A DNA stretch of 64,000 nucleotides from Anthoceros angustus (Eukaryota > Plantae > Anthocerotophyta), in assembly GCA_010909165.1 (NCBI GenBank), contig VJWM01000117.1:248001-312000 (forward strand), written 5' to 3'. This document shows, piece after piece, positions 36,433 to 45,487 of the stretch (position 1 is the first letter of the stretch; each line of letters starts with the position of its first letter). A program made the position numbers and the translations under genes. The notes beneath the pieces were generated by a model. That model saw nothing but the letters and a program-made list of their open reading frames with translations. It ran no database searches and was not told the origin of the DNA.

Positions 36433-36699
36433 TTGGTGTGTTAGTGTATGTACCCAAGGAATGGGGGTGATGTTTTGAACCTGATGTTAAAAAGCTATTT
36501 TCAGACTGGGCAGTGTTTGGTCAATATATTCATCCAATACGTTTCATCGCCAGCCATCCAATGATGACGTTTTGACATCATTGGACATCACTTGTCAGCC
36601 TAGTCACAGGCATCCTTGACAGGGAAAATCTAGAGGGCATGGTCACTCTTCATTCTATACCTAGAGTCTTATATGGTGGCTGGAACATCGCATGATCCT

Positions 36700-37566
36700 T
36701 CCTTCCCATTGCTTCTTGAGCCTTAATAAGCCGCGTAACCATATTCATCTAGGCATCCCTTTAAAGTTCTTCCATATCACTTTGAAATTGAACCTTTGCT
36801 GCACGTACGTTGAGCCCATATGCCTCCTGACATCTCTCCACTCATAATCCCTAATTTTAGCGTTTATTTGTTGGTGGTGGGATTGAATCAATGTTTCGGA
36901 TTTATGGATTCCTATCTAATACTTTCATATGCTTTCAACTTTGGTGAGAAACTATTTTGATAATTGTACTCTTTTAAACCATGGCAAGGAGACCAAATAA
37001 CAACCGGTATTGAATGTCTCAATCAAAGAGTTGAAAATCCATATTTCAGCACTACAGCCAAGTTTGCACGTTGTGATGCCCACCTTCTTAGCTTGGTTCC
37101 AAAGTTAGGTTTCAGCTCAAGCTCATTCAAAGCGACCCGAGGTGAGACACTTCCCCTGGACATGCCGCCCTAGTCCGCCGTGCTCTCACACTGCGTTCCC
37201 TTGGCTTATGGGCTAACTGGCCGTCGAGATGGAGAGCCCGTTCACAGTCCAAGTTGTACTTGTGTACACTGTATCCCAAGGAGAGAGAATGGATGGAAAA
37301 CCATGCGATTTATGAAACATGGCATGGTGATGGCGGGCCCCCCTACTGGCCATATGATATTTACGCTCAGCCTTGATATTACATATATATCTATTGACAT
37401 CTTGTTGGCCTTCGCAAATGAGAATTTGGACCTCATTTTCTAATGCATCTTTAAAAATTTGAAATGTGAGGTTCAAATTACTCCTTATCAACACTCTTTC
37501 CCATTGATACCTCAATTGAGAGAGATGATTGTTTGGTACTTCTCCATGCATGCTTATTCCAGCCAT
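36700..37566 (-). mobile_element. Possible highly degraded LINE RT C-terminal remnant
   Basis: Only weak motifs (YKYLGL-like near 37255; FNSLI-like near 37030). Confidence 0.3.
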
Positions 37567-37985
37567 TCATTCCTTAATGACATTCCTACCATCACTAGTG
37601 CATCACACCCTAACTACTGAATAAGAGCATAGCTCGTAATACAAGGTCTTAAACCCAAAAGCTGAACTTACACTTTGAAGCAATAGATAACTTACAAGAA
37701 ATTATCGCTTGGTTAGTATCCAAGAATTGGGATCCGCTAGAAACATGTTTGCCAATGTATCCCAAGGATTGGGATCCTCTAGAAACATGTTTCCCAATGC
37801 CTTCGCGTAGATGGAACTTCTAGTCTCTAGGAGGATATTTCCCAGCGCCTTTGGCGTAGATGAGACTTCCAATCTCTACATCCAAATATTCTCCACATTC
37901 CCCTAAAAGCCTTGGATGTAGCAAAGCCAAATGTTCTCTTCAATTTAAAATTTTAGCAAAAGTTGAATAAAGTTTGTCAAATGTC

Positions 37986-38097
37986 AAGGGGAAGGGTCTC
38001 TAATTGCCATCTAGCGGAGGGGGCATCTCACCCGAGGAAGCGATGAGGTTGCCTCCTACGATTCACAGCACCGGAGTAGGTCTGTGGCAGCCTTCCA
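37986..38097 (+). pseudogene. Displaced fragment of TAF8 exon 3
   Basis: catctagcggagggggcatctcacc..gatgagg.ggcctcctacg..ttcacagcac.gg.gtaggtctg.ggcagccttcca matches 31967-32122 with internal deletions. Confidence 0.85.
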
Positions 38098-38405
38098 AAT
38101 GCAAGCTTAGGCACACCATGGTAGAAGTTGTGAAGTACCAAGTCCCATGACAGAAAAATTCCGTCCAAAGTGGACGGTAATAGACTTCTTCGTCTTGTCA
38201 TTAGCCCTTACCTCACACTAGGTATGTACAGGAGGAGACATTCGATTCACATGTCGTATGTCATGAAAAGAGGTGACGGCCCATTCCAGCGACCTGGTTT
38301 GGTGTCTCAGGATGAACAGGGATGACGTTAAGCAAGCATATTTACCCTCAGAAGAAAGCAATATCCCCTGGCGTACCCACTTGAGCACTGGCAAGTTCTC
38401 CCTTC

Positions 38406-41283
38406 TTATGGTCGACCCTTACAACTGCAAGAACCAGCTGAGAATCGATGCACACGGTATCCATCCCTAACAACAATGCTTCTCTGTTCAAGCCTTGACA
38501 TGATCTCCGTGGAACTATGGCAGTCACTGCACATGCGTAGATTCTTCGTTACCACCAGAGGTGTCCCATTCGGAGTGTTCAAGAGACCAAACGCCAGAGC
38601 TAGCTTCTCAGCATGCCCACAAAGCACATCTTCCTTTTCCTTCTCGCACAGTGGCTTCAACACCAACTTTGTGTGAGGTACGTGGCCTCCTTCCTGCTTC
38701 AGACGTGCATTCGTGCTCTCTACCTTAAGCGCAATATCCTCTCTCGTTTCTCCCACCAGAAATCGATGTACCTGATTATTCACCTCGATGCTCACCACTG
38801 CAGGTTTCTTGTTAGCTCCTGCTGCCCTTCTCTGTGTTTCAATCCTGTCTACATCGGTCCATCTACCTGCATCTGCATAGGCATTGGCCATGAGCACATA
38901 TGCGGGCGCATCCTGGGGGTTCAGTTTAACCAGACGCTCAAAACACCACATCGCCCTTTCTATATCCCCGTGATTTTTGCAGGCAGTCAATAAGGAGGTC
39001 AGCCCCACGACATTACTTTGGTCCTCACATGACAAGAGCATTTTCTCAGCCTCTTCTAAATGGCCTGCACGCCCTAGAAGATCAATCATGCAATTGTAAT
39101 GCTCTAAAGTAGGCTTGATGCCATGCTGTTCAGCCATGGAATCAAAGTGCTTGCGACCCTCGTGGACCAGTCCCTCATGACTGCATGCTACTAGAAGGCA
39201 AGCAAAAGTAGCACCATCAGGCTGCACACCGGCAACTAACATCTCCTCAAAACAAGCTAGTGCTCTGTGACTATCATCAGAAGTACCATACCCAGATATT
39301 AGGGCGGTCCATGTCACCACATTCTTTGTGGCCAAGCTGTCAAAAGCCTTGCGTGCATCTTCCAGTTCACCACATTTTGCATACATGTCCACCAGGCAGA
39401 TGCCCAACACTACGTCAGACAACAGTCCTTGTTCCACAATCTGTGAGTGCAGCTGCTTGCCCTTCTGTAAGGCACCAGTGCTTGCACAGGCCTTCAGCAG
39501 GCAAGCAAAAGTAACATGGTTAGCCAAAATGAGGCTTGCCTCCTCCATTTGTCCATACAGGAGAAGCGCCTCTTGGCCGAGTCCTTGCTGTGCATACCCA
39601 GCAATCAGGGCGGTCCATGTCACCACATCTTTTGTGTTCATGCTGTCAAAAACCTGGCGTGCATCTTCCAGTTCACCACATTTTGCATACATGTCCACGA
39701 GGCAGTTGCTCAACACCACGTTATCCAGCAGTCCTCTTTTGACAATCTGTGAGTGCAGCTGCCTGCCCTTCTGTAAGGCACCAGTGCTTGCACAGGCCTT
39801 CAGAAGGCAAGCAAAAGTAACATGGTCAGCCAAAATCAGCCCCTCCTGCTCCATTTGTCCATACACAACAAGTGCTTCATGTCTGAGCCCTTGCTCAGCA
39901 ATCCCAGCTATCAGGGCATTCTGTCTCACCACATCCTTTGTGGCCATGCTGTCAAAATCCTGGCGTGCATCTTTCAGTTCACTACAATTTGCATACCCAG
40001 CAATCAGGGCATTCCATGTCACCAGATCCTTTGTGGCCATGCTGTCAAAAACCTGGCGTGCATCTTTCAGTTCACCACATTTTGCATACATGTCCACCAG
40101 GCAGTTGCCAACAAACAAGTTAGTAGGAATGCCACTCTGCAGCAGATCACGGTGCACCTTTCTGCCAGATTCCAAGTCGGCGGCAAATGCACAAGCTTGA
40201 AGGGCAGCTACAAAGAGGTGACCATTCGCCTTCACTTCTGACCTGCGCATCTCGTGGTACAGTTGTATGGCCTCATTAGGTTTCCCACCTTTAGCATGTG
40301 CAAAGATGATGGAACACCACGTGATAGCATCTGGTTTGCCTACCCTGGTGAACACATCCATGGCCTCCTCCAGCCTACCTCCACATGCATACATGCGCAA
40401 GATATGGTTCCCCAAGTATGCATTCGACTCGTACCCAAGTTTGACAGTGAGATCATGAACTCGTCGCCCACAACCAAATCCTTCTTAGCTGTACACAGTT
40501 TCAGCACAGTGTAAACAGAGACTGAGAAATAGCAGAGTCTGTCTGCGCCAGAGATTCCAGGGCTCCAACGGCCTCAGAAAGCTTCCCCTGCTGACATAAC
40601 GTGCTCACGGTTACAGCAGTAACGACGCCCATTTCCGACCTTGCACTCCTGCCAGGTTCAGCCTTATCCGGAGGGCTGGACTCGGAAGGAGAGGCACCAT
40701 TACCCATCTGCATATCCAAGGAAGCGAGCTGCTCATCAACCCAAGCTGGCTTGAACATGTGGTTTACCCACAGCACCTCGCCAGACCCCTTACGCCGGAA
40801 GTCAGGCCAACGGGATCTCTTCTTATCTCGTCTGTTGTCCCACCACATCGTAGGGTCCAAAAAAAATTGTTGCCATAAGTGCTCCTGCTCCTGGCGACGA
40901 CCGTCGTTGAAAAGCCCGTCCCCACCCACACATTTTCTCGGAAGTGGAAGTGCTGGGCTCCTTACACTGCTGCTCCTGAAGCCCATTTCCGATTCCGCAC
41001 GCCTGCCAGATTCAGGCTTCTCCGGAGAGCTCGATTGGGAAGGAGAGGCACCATGACCCATCTGCATATCCAAGGAAACGAGCTGCTCATCAACCCAAGG
41101 TTGGAAAACCCATGCCCGCCCACGCATTTTATCGGGAGTGGAAGTGCTGGGCTCCTTACACTGCTGCACCTGGAGGCTTTCTTTGCCAAGTGTTGCCTGC
41201 CTAACATGAGGTGAGCGGGAGCTCCTCGTAGAATCCCGGTACACACACCAATTTCTTGGGTCCACAACGAGTCCGGTTGCCAT
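38406..41283 (-). CDS. OSB-type PDF motif + 15 PLS PPR motifs + E1-E2 + DYW:KP (GRP) deaminase; candidate U-to-C editing factor, two homopolymer frameshifts as assembled
   Basis: KKPAVVSIEV (38793-38810), HAEK (38604-38615), CSDC, HRFSAGSCSCKGRP*. Adding one T at 40513-40515 and one G at 40467-40469 (minus strand) joins ORFs 40501-41361 and 38406-40415 through a canonical L-S motif (LFYTVLKLCTAKKDLVVGRRVHDLTVKLGYESNAYLGNH). Confidence 0.88.
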
Positions 41284-41598
41284 ACTGTGGCCATCGTTCA
41301 GGGACCGCTGTCGACTAACGACACACCATGGCAGGATCCCCAGGTGTGTAAGATGATCCACCTCTCATCATAACAGGGAGATCATCAGCACCGAATGAAT
41401 CCTTTCTCTTCGTGGAACGACATTTTCATGAATAGAGCATTAAACTAAGAATTACTTCACCTCCCAAAACGTCGAAACACCAAACTTCGAATCCTTCATT
41501 CCAGACTGATTTGATTCAGAGATTTGCATAGGTTTCAGGCTGGTTTCACACATCCATGGCCGATCAGGGCCTCAGTTTGTGTCCAGGCCTTCGAAACC

Positions 41599-42490
41599 AT
41601 AACTTGTTCTTGCTTTCTGGGTACCCATCATGCTAAAAATGGGAAGCCTTATGAGGCCATTAAACTGTGCCATGTTATGCGTAGGTCACGAGTGAAAGCG
41701 GATGCTCACGTCTTTGTAGCAGCACTTCAAGATTGTGCATTTGCCGCTGACTTGGACTCTGGCAGAAAAGTACACTGCGATGTGTTGGACAGTGGCATTC
41801 CCACTAACTTGTTTGTTGGCAACTGTCTGGGAGATGCACGCCAGGTTTTTGACAGCATGGCCATAAAGGATGTCGTTACATGCAATGCCCTGATAGCTGG
41901 GTGTGCCCAGCAAGGGCTCGGACATGAGACGCTTTGTTGTGTATGGACATATGGAGCAGGAGGGCCTCCTTTTTGGCTAACCATGTTACTTCTGCGAGCC
42001 TGTGCAAGCACTGGTGCCTTGTTCCCTGGTGGATATGTATGCAAAATGTGGTGAACTGGAAGATGCACGCCACGTTTTTGACAGCTTGGCCACCAAGGAT
42101 GTGGTGACATGGACCGCCCTGATAGCTGGGTATGCCCAGCAAGGACTCGAACATGAGGCACTTGTTGTATATGAACAAATGGAGCAGGAGGGCCTCCTTC
42201 TGGCTAACCATGTTCCTTTTGCATGCCTTCTGAAGGCCTGTGCCAGCACTGGTGCCTTACAGAAGGGCAGGCAGCTGCACGCACAGATTGTCAAGAGGGG
42301 AGCACGAATGCACGTTGAAGCAGGAAGGAGGCCACGTACCTCCCACAAATTTGGTGTTGAAGGCACTGCGTGAGAAGGGGACGGAAGATGCGCTTTGTGG
42401 GCAAGCTGAGAGGCTAGCTCTGGCGTTTAGTCTCTTTAACACTCCAAGTGGGACACCTCTGGTAGTGACGAAGAATCTACGCATGTGCAG
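41599..42490 (+). pseudogene. Inverted, internally deleted pseudogene copy of the neighbouring PPR-DYW:KP gene
   Basis: Colinear with 40330-39730 and 38730-38480 in opposite orientation; frameshifts; lacks P2-L2-S2-E1-E2-KP box; HAEK changed to QAER at 42402. Confidence 0.9.
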
Positions 42491-42656
42491 TGTTCTTTCT
42501 TCATTTCAACATTTGTATTGCAAGAAAAAAACACTTTTGCCCTTCCCTTCATCAAGTGTGAGATTTGCATGACATATTTGTCCACCGCAAGAAAAAAAAG
42601 GTGGAAGGAGGGAGGGGTGAAGTCATGTGAGGTTATGGTCATCAAGATCACCCCAC

Positions 42657-42877
42657 TCAGATATCGAGACAGATAGATAGCCTCGACAATTTTTTGGCCA
42701 TCTTGAGAATCACATGCTCAAGCTGTGAAACCACGCTGCTCCATGAATGACATGTTTGATTTGCTCTTGAGCATCCTCCCGGTGTGCCGCAAGCAATTGC
42801 GCGGCACATCTATTGTATTCTGGTTCAAGAAGAATCGATATTGACGCAGTGATTGAAAACATTGTTCAGCGTCTTTG
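42657..42877 (-). pseudogene. Inverted fragment of the gamma-SNAP 3' coding end
   Basis: Reverse complement caaagacgctgaacaatg..ctgcgtcaatatcgat..caagagcaaatcaaacat..ttctcaagatggccaaaaaattg matches 43758-43985. Confidence 0.88.
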
Positions 42878-43074
42878 GGGCCGAGCAGTGTTTCTAGGGT
42901 AGAACCCAGGGCCATTTCACAGGCACGCGGCCGGGATCCCAGTTGCAGGGTTGCAGTTGGAGGACGCGCTCGTTCCTTTCGGTAATCCCCGAATCGGAAT
43001 CGGGGAATGGAATTCCTCGATCTCACCCGCATCCATTCCGCATACATAAGCAGCATCTACGCTCTACAAAAGCC

Positions 43075-44016
43075 ATGACCTCCAGCGCCGCATCCTCTCT
43101 CCTCACCACCGGCGCGCCCTCCACACTCCTCTCCGATGAAAAGCTCCGAGAAGCAGAGAAGAATTTGACGAAGGCGGACAAGCTCTCCAAGCTGAGCTTC
43201 ACGCGATGGTACGCGGACTGGGCCGAGGCGACGCCGCTCTACGAGGCGGCCGCCTTCGCCTTCAAGCTAGCAAAGAAGACGGAGAAGGCCAAGGAATGCT
43301 TCGAGCGGGCGTCGCTAGGGCACGAGCGGCTGGGCTCGCCCTGGCAGGCGGGCAAGCACTTGGAATCCGCGGGGTCCATGGCCAAGGAGGTGCACAGCTA
43401 CCCGGAGGTTGCCGACTTCTTCAGGAGGGCCGCCGAGCTCTACACAGCGTGCGGGAAACCCCAGGCTGCCGCGGAGGCGCTACATAAGGGGGCCAGGGCT
43501 TTGGAGGACGGAAACGCTGATGAGGCTGTGAGAATGTATCTGGATTCTTGTGTCATTCTGGAGGACGAGGACAAGGAGCAGATGGCTTTCGAAACCTACA
43601 GATCTGCCGCCAATTTGTTTCTCAAACTGGAGAGGTACCCGGACGCTGCCGCGGTGCTGTTGCGATGGGGCCTCGGAGCGGATAAATGCCACGCCGTGCA
43701 GACGCAATGCAGGGCCTATCTAAGCGCCATCATCGTCTACCTCTACGCTGAAAACCTCAAAGACGCCGAACAGTGCTTCAATGACTGCGTCAATATCGAT
43801 GCATTTTTGAGCAGTGAACACAGCAGATGTGCCGAGGAGTTGCTTGCGGCATACAGGGAGGGTGCCCAAGAGCAAATCAAACATCTCATCAATAAGAACC
43901 GCGTTGTTTCGCAGCTTGATCATGTCATTCTCAAGATAGCCAAAAAATTGCCTAGGGGCGATCTATCTGCCTTGGTATCTGTGTCGGATGACCTTGATGA
44001 ACATGACCTCACCTGA
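43075..44016 (+). CDS. GSNAP: Gamma-soluble NSF attachment protein, intronless
   Basis: ADKLSKLSFTRWYADWAEATPLYEAAA...SPWQAGKHLESAG...AYLSAIIVYLY...DLT* end; first plausible ATG at 43075. Confidence 0.92.
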   Translation: MTSSAASSLLTTGAPSTLLSDEKLREAEKNLTKADKLSKLSFTRWYADWAEATPLYEAAAFAFKLAKKTEKAKECFERASLGHERLGSPWQAGKHLESAGSMAKEVHSYPEVADFFRRAAELYTACGKPQAAAEALHKGARALEDGNADEAVRMYLDSCVILEDEDKEQMAFETYRSAANLFLKLERYPDAAAVLLRWGLGADKCHAVQTQCRAYLSAIIVYLYAENLKDAEQCFNDCVNIDAFLSSEHSRCAEELLAAYREGAQEQIKHLINKNRVVSQLDHVILKIAKKLPRGDLSALVSVSDDLDEHDLT

Positions 44017-44077
44017 TCGGATGACCTTGATGAACATGACCTCATCTGATGACCTTGATGAACATGACCTCACCTGA
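43984..44077 (+). repeat. Triplication of the last ~10 codons and stop of gamma-SNAP
   Basis: (tcgga)tgaccttgatgaacatgacctca[c/t]ctga three times. Confidence 0.95.
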
Positions 44078-44169
44078 CTTTGTACATAAAACCACACACT
44101 TCCCATAATAAGGTTTTCGGCTTAATTATTTCTATGACTTTATTCTATTCCTATAATCATGTCAGACTA

Positions 44170-44870
44170 TGGAATACCGATCTCACACGGCAGCGTGTGT
44201 GACTTTCGTTTTTTGGGTGTACGCTACGGAAATATGCCATGGCATCTTTCATATACTTGCATACAATACACGTATAATATGTACACATCAGCTTCTGTAG
44301 GTTCGTACATGGGGAAAAAACTTTGTATCACACCATCATAGGCCTGGTGTTCCGATTGTGTCATGTACATGTTTTCTTATTTAGGGTTTTAGGGTTCCGA
44401 TCACCACACATACATATAGGCAGCCAAGACACACATAATGGCAGCAGGCCTAGGAAACGTTGCAGCCTTGTATGCAGCCAGTGCCAAACATTGGAGCCTT
44501 GCAGATAAGGGCAAATGCACTCAGCCGTACCGCACGACGATGACGCGGCGCCGCGCAATTGCGAGCGATGGCTACACGCGGCCGAGAACCCTAAAAAAAG
44601 GTCAATGCCGTGTGACCAGAGATAGAATATTGCGTGCTGCACTGGCGTGGCAACGTAAATGACCTAAACGAAACCCTAAACCCGAGAGAAGAAAAGTTTA
44701 CGTATCGTGAAATCTTTTCGTGCATCATGGGGTGAGTTCGACCCGGACAGGGGCGCGGCCCGGCGATGTGGTCATGCATGACATACCAAAATAGTTCCGC
44801 CGTATGCGGCGGGACTATTTCTTTCTGTCCACAACCCATGCGGATGTCGCGTGACCAGATCGGTATGCCA
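44170..44870. mobile_element. Second MITE-like TIR element with TA flanks
   Basis: TA|TGGAATACCGATCT ... AGATCGGTATGCCA|TA; internal AAACCCTA-like motifs. Confidence 0.7.
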
Positions 44871-45487
44871 TATCAGACTTCCAAGTACCCAATTTTATAG
44901 CTCAAAGCAAGTTATCTATTTGAACATGAACAAGATTCTAAAGTTTGACATAAATATTTTAAAGATCAGGTAAAGCTATGATGATATATAAATTATAACT
45001 TTTTTGACCTATAAATTCTCCTGGTTATATTTTATACTTATATTTTATTTGAATAAAATATTTATATATTATTTTATATACCTATTTAATGTTTTAATCC
45101 TAAAATACCTGATGCACTCACATCAAGCCTTTTGACCCATGTCTTTAAGATAACATGAATTCGGTGCTATATAAATATTGTGGACAATGTTGAAGAACAC
45201 AGGTGAAAAGGTTCGACTTAAGTGGGTTGGGCATTCTAAGGTTAAGAATGTCCTTCATGTTGTGCCAATAAGTTCATAATTTAAGAATGTTTGTTACATG
45301 TTCATGTTGTAAAAAATTTCTTTATATTATGATACTGAGCTAAAACATTCTCGTACATTGACTGTTTCATTCCCAGTTTTTCTCTTTATAATTTTAATTT
45401 TAATCCAAAATTGCTAGAACCTTTGATTCTTTGTAGTCTTATGTTAGACATCACTTTTTCCAGTTCTGAAAATTCTTATTTTCTTCT

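Noticed and set aside
39328-40200. Long antisense ORFs over PPR and other genes (e.g. 290 aa here, 244 aa at 29387)
   Set aside because: Shadow frames expected from repetitive or GC-rich coding sequence; no recognisable motifs.
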